DNA of 64,000 bases, from positions 91,986 through 155,985 of the forward strand of contig CAYMNK010000004.1 in NCBI GenBank assembly GCA_964391805.1, in the 5' to 3' direction. The position numbers and the translations under genes are program-made. The notes below the pieces were generated by a model that saw nothing but the letters and a program-made list of their open reading frames with translations, ran no database searches and was not told where the DNA came from. How positions within the stretch are numbered: the first letter of the stretch is position 1; each line of letters begins with the position of its first letter. Of the stretch, positions 8,150 to 18,695 are shown piece by piece. This DNA comes from an uncultured Christensenellaceae bacterium (GTDB lineage Bacteria > Bacillota > Clostridia > Christensenellales > CAG-1252).

Positions 8150-9406
8150 TTAATCTAAAAATTCGAAGGCTATTTCGGCTATTCTTATCAAATCGCCGTC
8201 TTTTGCTCCACGTGCTCTCAATTCATCAAAGATACCGCGTTCTTTAAGTTTACGTTGGAAATACCTAAATGATTCGGGGTCCGATAGTACTACATTTCGA
8301 ACGAGCATATCGATAAAACCGCCGGTAACTTCAAACGATGCATCCGGGTATCTTACGATCTCGTAACTATCGTCGTCACGGTCATCATACTCCATAAATT
8401 CGGTTTCTGTCTCAACCGTATCGGGCAACGATACCACTATAGAAGATAATTGTTTGAGCAATTCTTCGATATTTTGGTGATAAGCTGCACAAAGCGGTAT
8501 AACCTTTTTACTAATGCTCTCTTCGAATAACTCTACACTGCCTTCCTCTGCAATATCAATCTTATTAGCGACGATTATTTCGGGTTTCTCGGCAAGTAAA
8601 GGACTATATGATTCTAATTCTTTCCTTATAGTGAAATAATCTTCAGTAGGATCTCTATCTTCAATACCGGATACATCGACTACGTGAACAAGCATCTTAA
8701 CTCTTTCGATATGGCGTAAAAAGTCGTGTCCTAAACCAACGCCCTCGCTCGCACCTTCTATAAGTCCGGGAATATCAGCTATTACGTAAGACTTTTCATA
8801 AAACTTGATAACGCCCAAATTCGGTGCCAATGTGGTGAAATGATAGTTAGCGATCTTAGGTCTTGCCTCGGTCAATACAGAAAGCAAGGTAGATTTACCA
8901 ACATTAGGAAATCCTACTAAACCTATATCTGCTATAGTTTTAAGCTCTAATACAACTTTATGCTCAATGGTCTTAAAACCGTCTTGTGCAAATGACGGTG
9001 ATCTTCTAGTAGGAGTCGCAAAGCAAGCATTTCCCTTACCGCCCCTACCGCCACGCTGTATAACCTTAGTCATTTTATCCTTATACATATCAGCAAGCAC
9101 ACCACCGGTAGCATCATCCTTAATAACGGTACCGACAGGAACTCTTATATATAGAGGTTCACCCGATTTACCTGTTTGATTATTAATTCCGCCGTTTTCG
9201 CCGTTTTGGGCACGATAATGCACCTTGAATTTAAAATCGATCAAGGTATTCATATTAGCGTCGGCAACAAATATAATGTCGCCACCGTTACCGCCGTTAC
9301 CGCCGTCGGGACCACCGCTTAGGTTGAATTTTTCTCTATGAAAATTCACCTTACCGTTACCGCCGTTACCGGCTTTAATATATATCTTAGCAATATCTAA
9401 AAACAT
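8150..9406 (-). CDS. obg: GTPase Obg/CgtA
   Basis: MFLDIAKIYIKAGNGGNG, the Gly-rich Obg fold, G-domain GFPNVGKST and a C-terminal OCT domain. Start placed at ATG 9406, which has a GAGGAG SD; the ORF-track start at 9472 would overlap nth. Confidence 0.9.
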   Translation of the reverse strand: MFLDIAKIYIKAGNGGNGKVNFHREKFNLSGGPDGGNGGNGGDIIFVADANMNTLIDFKFKVHYRAQNGENGGINNQTGKSGEPLYIRVPVGTVIKDDATGGVLADMYKDKMTKVIQRGGRGGKGNACFATPTRRSPSFAQDGFKTIEHKVVLELKTIADIGLVGFPNVGKSTLLSVLTEARPKIANYHFTTLAPNLGVIKFYEKSYVIADIPGLIEGASEGVGLGHDFLRHIERVKMLVHVVDVSGIEDRDPTEDYFTIRKELESYSPLLAEKPEIIVANKIDIAEEGSVELFEESISKKVIPLCAAYHQNIEELLKQLSSIVVSLPDTVETETEFMEYDDRDDDSYEIVRYPDASFEVTGGFIDMLVRNVVLSDPESFRYFQRKLKERGIFDELRARGAKDGDLIRIAEIAFEFLD

Positions 9407-9419
9407 AATTATCTCCTCG

Positions 9420-10064
9420 CTACTTATTCGAATTATGGTACTTACAAAGGGATTGTAAATTACACTCCACACATTGTGGATTGATGGCCTTACATCCGTA
9501 TCTACCCAAGAATATCAGTAAATGGTGCATTTCACGCCAATTACATTCGGGAATAACCTCATTAAGCTGTTTTTCGGTTTCTTCCGGCGTTTTAGCTTTC
9601 ACCAATCCTAACCTATTAGCGACTCTAAAAACATGGGTGTCTACCGCTATTGCATTACCGTTAAATGCTTCGGCATACACTACATTTGCAGTTTTACGAC
9701 CGACGCCGGCAAGCGACTGCAATGCATCTCTATCGGCAGGAACTTCTCCATTGAAGCGTTCAACCAATGCTTTACTGCACTCTATAATAGCCTTAGCTTT
9801 ATTATTGTAAAAACCGCAACTTCTAATGTAAGGAATCAATTCATCGACGTTAAGAGTCGCCATTTTAAACGGATCGTTACAAAAAGCAAAAAGCTTGGGC
9901 GTAACCATATTAACACGTTTATCGGTACATTGAGCAGACAAAATGACCGCTATCAACAACTCATAGGGCGTTAAATGGTCAAGTTCGCATTTTGCTTCGG
10001 GAAATCTTTCCCGCAACCGTTCCATTATTTCATTAACATCGAGATTCGCATCATTTGTACTCAT
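9420..10064 (-). CDS. nth: Endonuclease III
   Basis: HhH-GPD motifs (LAGVGRKTANVV) and a C-terminal 4-Cys cluster (CKAINPQCVECNLQSLC). Confidence 0.9.
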   Translation of the reverse strand: MSTNDANLDVNEIMERLRERFPEAKCELDHLTPYELLIAVILSAQCTDKRVNMVTPKLFAFCNDPFKMATLNVDELIPYIRSCGFYNNKAKAIIECSKALVERFNGEVPADRDALQSLAGVGRKTANVVYAEAFNGNAIAVDTHVFRVANRLGLVKAKTPEETEKQLNEVIPECNWREMHHLLIFLGRYGCKAINPQCVECNLQSLCKYHNSNK

Positions 10065-10150
10065 ACGCTAAAATTATATCATATTAATAAAATATTGTCC
10101 ACGTTTTTATTTTAATAATCGAACAATAATATCTATAAAAACCCGCATAT

Positions 10151-11266
10151 TTACGCTTTAAAGCGTTCAATTGCTCTCAAAAAAGCGTAAATATCGCCAA
10201 GTGTATTGTCAAAACCCAAACTCACCCTCACCAATCCGCTGTTGACGGTTCCGAGATATTTGTGCATTAATGGAGCACAATGAAGCCCTGCTCGCACCGC
10301 TATTCCGTTATAATTCAAATAGTCTGCAATTCGTTCCGAGTCCACTCCGTCAATAATAAATGCTACAATTCCCGATGCATTAGGCTTGGAATAAACACGA
10401 ACGCCGTTCATTCTTTTTAGTTCGGAAATAATAAATTCGGTATTATTCAAATTGCTTTCTGCCGTTATCTCGGTCCTTGGATCAACCCATTCGATAGCCT
10501 TTCCTAACGCAATAATTGCCGAAGCATTCAGTGTTCCGGACTCGAGGGCTTCGGGATAATTTTCGGGCTGAACAATGGATATACTCTCGGTTCCGGTACC
10601 GCCAAAAATAATTGGACGAAGTCGCATTCTCGTATTGAATACCAAAAATCCCGTACCTTGCAATCCATACAACCCCTTATGCCCGGACGAACATACAATA
10701 TCACAACCTAAACTGCCCATATCGATTCGTTTATGACCGGCTATTTGCGAAGCGTCTAAAATAGTTCTTATTCCGTTTTCGGCACAATATTTGCATATGT
10801 CCTCGTAATCGTTTTCGGTACCTGTAACGTTACTGCAAGCATTGAGTATCACCAATCTTGTTTCAAGTCTCAATGCACAGCGTATTCTATCAAGCGTAAC
10901 CCTTCCGCTTTTATCGGGACGGACATAAGAAACTTCGACTTTTTGTTTTCGTTCCAAATAGTTTAACGGACGTAAGACCGAATTATGTTCGGTAACCGTT
11001 GTAACGATATGACCACCCGAATATCCACCAAGTATTGCGATATTGAGCGCCTCGGTACAATTCTTAGTAAACACCGTTTCGCCGTCCAATAGTGAAAAAT
11101 AATTACAAATAATATCACGACAATGTTGGATTTTTAAGGCAGTTGCAATGCTATCATTATGTCCGCCTCTACCTGCATTACATTTATGCTTACATTCGGA
11201 AACGTAACATTTTAACACCTCTTTTGGCACATAACGAGAGGTTGCTGCATTATCTAAATATATCAT
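10151..11266 (-). CDS. Class V aminotransferase-fold PLP enzyme, cysteine desulfurase family
   Basis: YLDNAATS and SGHKGLYGLQGTG (PLP-Lys) motifs. An alternative upstream ATG at 11284 lacks an SD. Confidence 0.75.
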   Translation of the reverse strand: MIYLDNAATSRYVPKEVLKCYVSECKHKCNAGRGGHNDSIATALKIQHCRDIICNYFSLLDGETVFTKNCTEALNIAILGGYSGGHIVTTVTEHNSVLRPLNYLERKQKVEVSYVRPDKSGRVTLDRIRCALRLETRLVILNACSNVTGTENDYEDICKYCAENGIRTILDASQIAGHKRIDMGSLGCDIVCSSGHKGLYGLQGTGFLVFNTRMRLRPIIFGGTGTESISIVQPENYPEALESGTLNASAIIALGKAIEWVDPRTEITAESNLNNTEFIISELKRMNGVRVYSKPNASGIVAFIIDGVDSERIADYLNYNGIAVRAGLHCAPLMHKYLGTVNSGLVRVSLGFDNTLGDIYAFLRAIERFKA

Positions 11267-11348
11267 TTCTTCCTTAAACCTCATATAATACAGTATATTT
11301 TTGTTATCCGTTAGAGGTAACTAAAAAAAGACAAGCGAGGATATATAG

Positions 11349-11597
11349 ATGAATTATTTATTGATTGTTTTTGCAAGCAGAAGAGATGCCGTTTCTTTCG
11401 CCGAAAAACTGCAGTATAATAATGCACCGTTTGAAATAATAAATACCCCAAGACAGCTTAGTTTAAGTTGCGGAATTTCGGTAAAAACAAGCGAAAGAAG
11501 TATAAATACTGTGCGAAGAATCCTTAATTCATACCGTTTTTCTTCTTTTTCAGGTGTGTATATTTTTAAAAACTCTAATTATTATCTTTATCGGTAA
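11349..11597 (+). CDS. DUF3343-like small protein (putative S/Se carrier-associated)
   Basis: 82 aa with the pattern LIVFAS..DAV..EKLQ....FEIINTPRQLSLSCGISV, which resembles DUF3343. Divergent from the desulfurase gene. An SD is present. Confidence 0.5.
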   Translation: MNYLLIVFASRRDAVSFAEKLQYNNAPFEIINTPRQLSLSCGISVKTSERSINTVRRILNSYRFSSFSGVYIFKNSNYYLYR

Positions 11598-11600
11598 AAA

Positions 11601-11623
11601 GCGAACGCCAAAACGGCGTTCGC
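11601..11623. terminator. Bidirectional terminator hairpin between convergent genes
   Basis: GCGAACGCC-AAAAC-GGCGTTCGC, a 9-bp stem flanked by A/T runs. Confidence 0.6.
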
Positions 11624-11649
11624 TCTAAATGTTATTTTATTTTTATCGA

Positions 11650-12552
11650 TTATTTGAGGTCCTTTTTGTTATAACCGAGGATGTTGAGTATATTATTATC
11701 CTCACGCCAACCCGATTTGACCTTTACCCACAACTTTAGATATGTTTTTTGATCAAAAAGTTTTTCTATCTCAAGTCTTGCTGCGGTTGCAATACGCTTA
11801 AGCGTTTCTCCTCCCTTACCGATAATTATTGCCTTGTGATTGTCTCTTTCGGTAATAATATCCGCTTCAATACTAATAAGTCCGTCCTTTCTTTCGTCAA
11901 AAGACGTAATATCTATTCCTATACCGTGCGGAATTTCCTCTTGTAAGAATTTCAAAGCCTTTTCCCTAATAATCTCGGCTACTATAAATCTCATAGGTCT
12001 ATCGGTATACATATCTTCGGGATAGCATTCTTCGCCCTCGGGTAATACTTCGAGTATTTCATCTATTAGAGGTTCGAGATTCTTATGTTTTTCGGCACTT
12101 ATAGGAACTACCGATATCGATTCAATCGGGTTTAGCATCGATAGATTCTTAACAAAAACTTCCTCGTCGGCAATATCCATTTTATTGAGAACGACAATGA
12201 GTTTACTTGCTTGCTTTTTATAACTTTCAATATTAGCAAAATCCTCGTCGCTTATCTTCTTTTGACCATCTATAACGTATAAAATGACGTTTCCGTCTTT
12301 GGTGGCAGAAGAAATACTTTCGGACATATAATCGAAAAGTTTACCTTTACTATGGTTTATACCCGGCGTATCCGAGAATATCATTTGATATCTTTCGCCG
12401 TTTTTCTCGCCGTTGGCTATGCCGATTATCTTATTTCTCGTAGTTTGGGGACGCCACGAAACTATACTGACTTTCTCGCCGACAAGGGCATTGATTAGAG
12501 TAGATTTACCTGCATTCGGCTTACCTATTATTGAAATCGTACCTGTTTTCAT
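11650..12552 (-). CDS. era: GTPase Era
   Basis: GKPNAGKST G1 motif, DTPG, NKMD and a C-terminal KH domain. Its start overlaps the ybeY stop. Confidence 0.92.
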   Translation of the reverse strand: MKTGTISIIGKPNAGKSTLINALVGEKVSIVSWRPQTTRNKIIGIANGEKNGERYQMIFSDTPGINHSKGKLFDYMSESISSATKDGNVILYVIDGQKKISDEDFANIESYKKQASKLIVVLNKMDIADEEVFVKNLSMLNPIESISVVPISAEKHKNLEPLIDEILEVLPEGEECYPEDMYTDRPMRFIVAEIIREKALKFLQEEIPHGIGIDITSFDERKDGLISIEADIITERDNHKAIIIGKGGETLKRIATAARLEIEKLFDQKTYLKLWVKVKSGWREDNNILNILGYNKKDLK

Positions 12553-13016
12553 CTTGAAATACCTAAGTCCTCCATTATTGCCTTTTGATGCTCGAGCATC
12601 TCCTCTTCATCCTCTTTTTCGATATGGTCGAATCCGAATAAATGAAGCATACCGTGAACAAATAGATACACGAGTTCTCTTAGTTCGCTATGACCGAATT
12701 CTTTGGCTTGTTCCCTTATCTTACTCTTACAAATCATTATATCGCCCAAGAATAAATTACCGGTGTCGGGATCGACTTCGCCTTTATAAGAACAAGGGCA
12801 TATAGGCCATTTAATCTCAACGGAAGGGAAACTCAAAACATCGGTTACTCTGTCAACTCCTCTATGCTCGAGATTAAGCGATCTAATTGATTCTCTACCT
12901 ATAACCGAAATATCGGCATCGAACCAATCGGTCAATTCAAGGTTTTTCAAAACAGCAAAATAAGCTTTTGAAAGTATTTCTTTGTCCTGCTTAGACATAT
13001 TATATGTATTAATCAT
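12549..13016 (-). CDS. ybeY: rRNA maturation endoribonuclease YbeY
   Basis: HGMLHLFGFDH zinc motif; conserved position upstream of era. Confidence 0.9.
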   Translation of the reverse strand: MINTYNMSKQDKEILSKAYFAVLKNLELTDWFDADISVIGRESIRSLNLEHRGVDRVTDVLSFPSVEIKWPICPCSYKGEVDPDTGNLFLGDIMICKSKIREQAKEFGHSELRELVYLFVHGMLHLFGFDHIEKEDEEEMLEHQKAIMEDLGISR

Positions 13017-13019
13017 AAT

Positions 13020-14486
13020 TTACCTCAATAACTTTTTTCTTGTAGGATAGGTGATTCTCGTATGCGCGTTACCTGCTAAAGCTTCAACCAATGTATCGCG
13101 GACAATGGCAAGTTGCTTCATTGTAATATCACAAGAATCGAATTGTCCTGCATCACGCTTATCTCTAATAATCTTATCAACGAGTGTTTCCATGCCTTCT
13201 CTATTATTAAAACTCATGGATCTCGATGCAGCCTCTACGCTATCGGCAATCATTATTATTGCACTTATTCTCGTGGTCGGCTTAGGTCCCGGGTAACAAT
13301 AATCCGATGAGTCAACATCACCTTCGGTGATATTCAACGCTTTAACATAGAAATAATTCAATGAACTGTCTCCGTGGTGTTCACGCGCAACATCGCAAAT
13401 AATCTTCGGGAATTTATTATCAACAAGCATTTCATAACCGATTTGAGTATGTCTGGTAATGATTTTGACACTCGTTTCAAAAATGAGATCGTCGTGAGGA
13501 TTATAATTGTCTGCTTGATTCTCGGTGAAAAATTCGGGGCTTTCCATTTTACCGATATCGTGGAAATACGCGGAAGCCTTAGCAATATTTACATTTTCAC
13601 CTATAGCGTACGCACAGCGTTCGGCAAGATTACCTACTTGAATGCTATGGTTAAACGTACCGGGTGCTTTTTCAGCCAATTCTTTAAGTAACGGCTGGTC
13701 GAAACTGATATATTGCAAAAACTGCATACTCGTTTCCAATCTGAATACCCATTCCAATACGGGGGATAATAATAGCGACAAAACCGTAGCACCAAATTCG
13801 GCACAGAACATCCAAACCGCATTCATAACAGATTCGATGAATACCGTTTTTAATATAAACAGGTTAAAGATTAATGATAGTATAAACGCCAAACACGCAG
13901 AAAGCGTTCCTACAGTAACAACGTTTAATCTATTAAAGGTCGGCTTATATAATACGATGAGCATTAAACTCGTAATGACTTTGATGACAAGGGTAATCAA
14001 AACCGAATAATCGGGTGTATCCAACGCGTATTCGTTATATATGTAAATAAACACAATAAATACGCTACTTGTCAAAAGCAAGGACACAAGCGCCTCACGT
14101 TTAGACAATACAAGAACAATTATCAAGGATGAAAGCGAGAAAAGAATAACATCAAAAGATATGTATTTCATCAAAATAGCCGAAGCACCCAATGAAATAA
14201 CCGATACAATACCGATTACAGTAGCAGAATTGTTATCCGTGCCGAAACATATTCTCGAAAATCTAAAAATTAGTATCAACACGATTGACAAGATAAGCCA
14301 TACCACAAAAGGCGGTAACCCTGTAAAAAAGAACTCACCGTCATAGCACAGACAAACCATGATTATGGTAAATATTGCAGATAAAACAGCGGATAACAGC
14401 ATCATATACAGAGTTTCTTTTCCTGTACCGTTATCCTTGTTTTTAAACGCTTTATTTTGATTTTTTAACTCATCGACATTTTTCAT
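13020..14486 (-). CDS. pgpH: 7TM-HD membrane phosphohydrolase (PgpH/YqfF-type cyclic-di-AMP phosphodiesterase family)
   Basis: Multi-TM N-terminal half plus a C-terminal HD domain (YFHDIGK). Located between phoH and ybeY as in Bacillus. Confidence 0.8.
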   Translation of the reverse strand: MKNVDELKNQNKAFKNKDNGTGKETLYMMLLSAVLSAIFTIIMVCLCYDGEFFFTGLPPFVVWLILSIVLILIFRFSRICFGTDNNSATVIGIVSVISLGASAILMKYISFDVILFSLSSLIIVLVLSKREALVSLLLTSSVFIVFIYIYNEYALDTPDYSVLITLVIKVITSLMLIVLYKPTFNRLNVVTVGTLSACLAFILSLIFNLFILKTVFIESVMNAVWMFCAEFGATVLSLLLSPVLEWVFRLETSMQFLQYISFDQPLLKELAEKAPGTFNHSIQVGNLAERCAYAIGENVNIAKASAYFHDIGKMESPEFFTENQADNYNPHDDLIFETSVKIITRHTQIGYEMLVDNKFPKIICDVAREHHGDSSLNYFYVKALNITEGDVDSSDYCYPGPKPTTRISAIIMIADSVEAASRSMSFNNREGMETLVDKIIRDKRDAGQFDSCDITMKQLAIVRDTLVEALAGNAHTRITYPTRKKLLR

Positions 14487-14488
14487 TT

Positions 14489-15442
14489 TTAGTGTTTTTT
14501 ATTGTAGTTTTCGTATGCATTAACTATCTTTTGTACGAGATCATGTCTAACGACGTCCTTTGAACCGAGTTTACATATCGCCACGCCTTCAACCTCGGAT
14601 AAAACGTCAATGGCATGCAACAATCCCGAACGAACACCCGAGGGCAAATCTATCTGAGTAGCATCGCCTGTAACGATCATCTTACTACCCTCGCCCATAC
14701 GAGTCAAGAACATCTTCATTTGTTCCTTGGTGGTATTTTGCGCTTCGTCTAAAATTATAAAGGCGTTAGATAACGTTCTTCCTCTCATATATGCAAGAGG
14801 TGCAACCTCGATTATTCCTCGTTCTATCATTTTACCGTAATTCTCGTATCCGAGCATTTCACGCAATGCATCATACAACGGTCTAAGATAGGGATCTATC
14901 TTTTGCTGAAGGTCGCCCGGTAAAAATCCCAATCTTTCTCCTGCTTCAACTGCCGGTCTCGTGAGAATAATGCGGTCAACCTCTCTGTTTTTATAAGCGG
15001 TAACCGCCTTGGCTACGGCAAGATAGGTTTTACCGGTTCCGGCAGGACCAATACAGAAACAAAGGGCGTTTTTATCGATAGCTTTCACATATTTACGCTG
15101 TCCTACCGTTCTACATTTGATAGGCTTACCGAGAGCGGTGATCGCTATCGAATCGATAAGTTCGGTTGCCTCGATGGGTGCGCCGTCGCGTTCGATTTCG
15201 AGAAGCATTCTAAAATGATAAGGTTTCAACCTCTCTCCACGTTCGATAAGGGTAATAGCAGACATAAGCGTTTTAGCAGCTATATCCACATTATCGTCTT
15301 CACCGCTAACAAAAATAACGCTATCATCGGCATTAACATCTACGTGCAAGCTTTTAGAAAGCTCATCGATATTCTCATCGTAATTCCCAAATAAGATACT
15401 TACAACTTCGGCATCTTCTATGGGTAATTTAACCACTCTCAT
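14489..15442 (-). CDS. phoH: PhoH-family ATPase
   Basis: GPAGTGKTYLAV Walker A, ILDEAQN Walker B and conserved synteny. Confidence 0.9.
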   Translation of the reverse strand: MRVVKLPIEDAEVVSILFGNYDENIDELSKSLHVDVNADDSVIFVSGEDDNVDIAAKTLMSAITLIERGERLKPYHFRMLLEIERDGAPIEATELIDSIAITALGKPIKCRTVGQRKYVKAIDKNALCFCIGPAGTGKTYLAVAKAVTAYKNREVDRIILTRPAVEAGERLGFLPGDLQQKIDPYLRPLYDALREMLGYENYGKMIERGIIEVAPLAYMRGRTLSNAFIILDEAQNTTKEQMKMFLTRMGEGSKMIVTGDATQIDLPSGVRSGLLHAIDVLSEVEGVAICKLGSKDVVRHDLVQKIVNAYENYNKKH

Positions 15443-16565
15443 CTATAACTCCTACTTGATCTATGTACTCCACTAAACCCTTTAGTGTATAAGTACTCAT
15501 AATATTATTAATTATACACCATTTTCTTACTATTTGTACATCTTTTTTTAGTGATTCGGTCATTTTATCTAACATTTCCTGCTGAATTGTTGTTTTTACC
15601 TCGTCAAGTGGTAAATATATCATACTTTCAGTAGTTTCAATTCGTTTATATTCGACTATTTTAAAAGGAAAATCAATAGGTTGTATCTCAATAATTTCCT
15701 CTCGATAAGCGTCAAAATCACTGTCTTTTATTCTTGATAACGGTTTTTCGCCAAAGTATAATATCCTTTGAATTTCTACCCTTCCCGTTTCTTGCTGTAC
15801 AATATTGTATTCCTTATACTCCCGAACTTCCTCTAAATATACCCGCGCATATACACTTCCACGAGCAGGAACCGTCTCCGTAATCGATTCATTGGCATCG
15901 ATAATCGAATATGGCGCTATAAGAATATCGCCCTTCTTGACGGTTTGTCCTTTGGTTACAAGCGCAGTTCCGCTCTCTACGATTATTTGCTCTATTATGC
16001 AATCGGCATTGGCAACAATTGGTTTATAATTATCCTCTATTATCACTCCGTCATTCAGTTCTTCGTTGATATCTACATGCAATATAACACCTTTAATGTA
16101 AACCGACACCAATGCAACGTTATCCAACGTTGATATATTCTTTTTCAATTCAGTACAATCAATTTTACTCTTAAAAGACGGGACATCTATGCCTTCTTCT
16201 TGTAATATCGATAATATTTCATTATAATCAACATCAACAAGCGGAGAAATCTCTACCCTGATAACCGAATTAAACAAAATGACCGATAAAATGATCGATA
16301 AAATAAGACCTACGATAAATCCGAATGTGCGTCTTAATATACCGAGAGATGATGTGGATGAGAGCATCATAATTCTATATTCTATCAATTTTTCGTCAAA
16401 ATATCGTTCGACGGTATCGAGATAACGTACATCGACGGTTAAAATTAGTCTTTTATATTCTCTCTTAATTTTAAGCAACGGAATACCTTGCTTTATCAAA
16501 TAATTGACGTGCTTAGAATGATTCAAACTATCTATAACAACAGTAGCATATCCGTTAGGTCTCAT
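15429..16565 (-). CDS. yqfD: Sporulation protein YqfD
   Basis: Size, the single central TM segment and the position between yqfC and phoH. Confidence 0.75.
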   Translation of the reverse strand: MRPNGYATVVIDSLNHSKHVNYLIKQGIPLLKIKREYKRLILTVDVRYLDTVERYFDEKLIEYRIMMLSSTSSLGILRRTFGFIVGLILSIILSVILFNSVIRVEISPLVDVDYNEILSILQEEGIDVPSFKSKIDCTELKKNISTLDNVALVSVYIKGVILHVDINEELNDGVIIEDNYKPIVANADCIIEQIIVESGTALVTKGQTVKKGDILIAPYSIIDANESITETVPARGSVYARVYLEEVREYKEYNIVQQETGRVEIQRILYFGEKPLSRIKDSDFDAYREEIIEIQPIDFPFKIVEYKRIETTESMIYLPLDEVKTTIQQEMLDKMTESLKKDVQIVRKWCIINNIMSTYTLKGLVEYIDQVGVIDESG

Positions 16566-16809
16566 CGAACAAAACCCCCTTGATAATGCCCTGAATATAG
16601 GCTTCTGCGTTGGATAAATATACTATTTTGAGATCTGTTCCGATAAGTTTGATATACGTTTTCTTTATAATAAAAACAATTTCATTATCGGTATACACCT
16701 TTAACCCTTTATGTCCGTTGATAACTGCATAGGTATTATCAACTAATTGTATTGGTGTATCTCCCTGCGAGATGGGCAAAAGGTTTCGAATATCGTCAAA
16801 AAAAGCCAT
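16555..16809 (-). CDS. yqfC: Sporulation protein YqfC (YabP family)
   Basis: 84-aa YabP-like protein immediately upstream of, and overlapping, yqfD. Confidence 0.7.
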   Translation of the reverse strand: MAFFDDIRNLLPISQGDTPIQLVDNTYAVINGHKGLKVYTDNEIVFIIKKTYIKLIGTDLKIVYLSNAEAYIQGIIKGVLFDET

Positions 16810-16857
16810 ATTATAGCATATTCACACTTAACGGATTTATGATTACTATATGTCTAA

Positions 16858-16882
16858 TTAAAAAGGTCGCCTAAGCGACCTT
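16858..16882 (-). terminator. Terminator hairpin after the ppx / small-membrane-protein unit
   Basis: AAGGTCGC-TTAG-GCGACCTT followed by TT on the minus strand. Confidence 0.5.
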
Positions 16883-16891
16883 AAATGATTT

Positions 16892-17173
16892 TTATTCTTG
16901 AATATCAGAATCATTGAATGTTTGGGACTCGATTTCATCACGAAGTTTATTCAACTTCTTATGGTGAAATACAATTATAACCACAACCAACGCTATCAAT
17001 AACGCCAATAATACAGCCGAAACGATTATAACAGCAAGAATCCAATGCAATGTTTGCTCTGTTTTCAGTCCGTTACGAGAAGACTCGGTAGCAAATATCG
17101 CAGAAACGAAAACAATGCAAATAACACAAAGAATGCATAAGACAACCTTGACGGTATAATCAAGCTTAGTCAT
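16892..17173 (-). CDS. Small membrane protein (2 predicted TM helices), unknown function
   Basis: 93-aa ORF with two long hydrophobic segments, tightly packed after ppx. No family recognised. Confidence 0.5.
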   Translation of the reverse strand: MTKLDYTVKVVLCILCVICIVFVSAIFATESSRNGLKTEQTLHWILAVIIVSAVLLALLIALVVVIIVFHHKKLNKLRDEIESQTFNDSDIQE

Positions 17174-17174
17174 A

Positions 17175-18695
17175 TTATAGAATTTCCAACGACTTACCGT
17201 ATGCTGCCTTAAATTGATTCCTACAACTTAATGCATCTTGAATTTCTAACGAGCAGTCACTTTCGGAAACGGTTTGCATAATAACGCTGTCACCCAAAAC
17301 ATCGCAGTTAATTTCGGTAATCAGTCCGCACATACTTCTATCAAAGCTTTCGGCGATCTTAAGGATCACACCGAGTTTATATACGGCGTCGATATCCTCG
17401 GGAGTAAGCATAGGTTTATATCTCGCGAATTCTTCAAACGGTTCGCCCCTCTTATGAGCGGACGCAACACACGCGGCCATAACGATATCCTTTTGGGAAA
17501 TCCCGTATACATTACAGTTCATAATGATATATGCGGAATGATTTGGATGATCGTAATACTTAATAGTTGTACCGGTATCGTGCAAAACGGATGCCACTCT
17601 CAAAACCTTGAAATATTGTCTGGGAAGTTTATGTATAACCTTCAATTGTTTAAATAACTGCATCGAAAGTTCGGCAACATGCTTAGCATGCGTTTCATTC
17701 GCATTAAAATATCTAATCAAGGTCTGTAAACTATAGCCCAAAACATCGCTGATAGGCTTCTCGTTAACTGAAGGAACGGCATACTTGAACATTGCACCCT
17801 CTCTCAATCCGCAAGCCGATATGGTTACCTTTTGGAACTTCGCGCAGTCAAATACTGCCTTAATCGCTGCTAACGCACTCGGGAAGATATCCGCTCTACC
17901 GCTCGACAATCCCTTAATCTTCATCGTTCTATCTAATGGAAGAACCTTAATTGTGTTATAAATAACATTGAACTCTTGAAGCGAAACGGGATAATTATGA
18001 GCTTTATCCAAAGGATAATGCTTCATTCTTCTCGAAATCTTACCTAAATTACGGAAGGAACCGCCTACACCGATGAATTGAATATCGGGATCGACATTAT
18101 TCAACCATTCGATAGGCTCGATGGATTCGTGTATAAATTCCTCGATCTTTTCGGCTTTTTCCTCGGGTTTAAGTCCGCTACCCTTGTAAAAATCGGTAAG
18201 AGTAACCGATCCAAAAGGTAAAGTGGATTGAGCCAAAATATTTTTACGGTTATAATAAACGAACTGAGTCGAACCGCCACCCATATCCATAATGATACCC
18301 TTAGGAATATCCATCGAATTGATAACGCCGGTATATGTAAATTGTCCTTCCTCTTCGGAGGATAAGACTTTCAACTTAATGCAACATGAAACCGCTATCT
18401 CGTCGATAAAACTCCTTTGGTTTTTAGCGCGTCTAACTGCACTGGTGGCATACGCAAGTATCTTTTCAACTCCGTTACTATCGCAAAAACGACGGAACAT
18501 AAGAAGCGTCTTCTTAGTCTGTTCAATTCTGCTCTGGCGAAGGAATCCGTCTATCTCCATATCTTGACCGAGACGAACATTTTCCTTTAATTCATCGAAT
18601 ACAACAAAATAGCCACCGTCATAGACGTTAACCAAAACCAAACGTGCGGTGTTCGACCCTAAGTCAATAATACCTATTTTTTCACATTCTGCCAT
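17175..18695 (-). CDS. ppx: Ppx/GppA-family phosphatase with C-terminal HD-like domain
   Basis: IGIIDLGSNTARLV and DMGGGSTQ actin-fold ATPase motifs. Start placed at ATG 18695, which has a GGAG SD. Confidence 0.85.
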   Translation of the reverse strand: MAECEKIGIIDLGSNTARLVLVNVYDGGYFVVFDELKENVRLGQDMEIDGFLRQSRIEQTKKTLLMFRRFCDSNGVEKILAYATSAVRRAKNQRSFIDEIAVSCCIKLKVLSSEEEGQFTYTGVINSMDIPKGIIMDMGGGSTQFVYYNRKNILAQSTLPFGSVTLTDFYKGSGLKPEEKAEKIEEFIHESIEPIEWLNNVDPDIQFIGVGGSFRNLGKISRRMKHYPLDKAHNYPVSLQEFNVIYNTIKVLPLDRTMKIKGLSSGRADIFPSALAAIKAVFDCAKFQKVTISACGLREGAMFKYAVPSVNEKPISDVLGYSLQTLIRYFNANETHAKHVAELSMQLFKQLKVIHKLPRQYFKVLRVASVLHDTGTTIKYYDHPNHSAYIIMNCNVYGISQKDIVMAACVASAHKRGEPFEEFARYKPMLTPEDIDAVYKLGVILKIAESFDRSMCGLITEINCDVLGDSVIMQTVSESDCSLEIQDALSCRNQFKAAYGKSLEIL

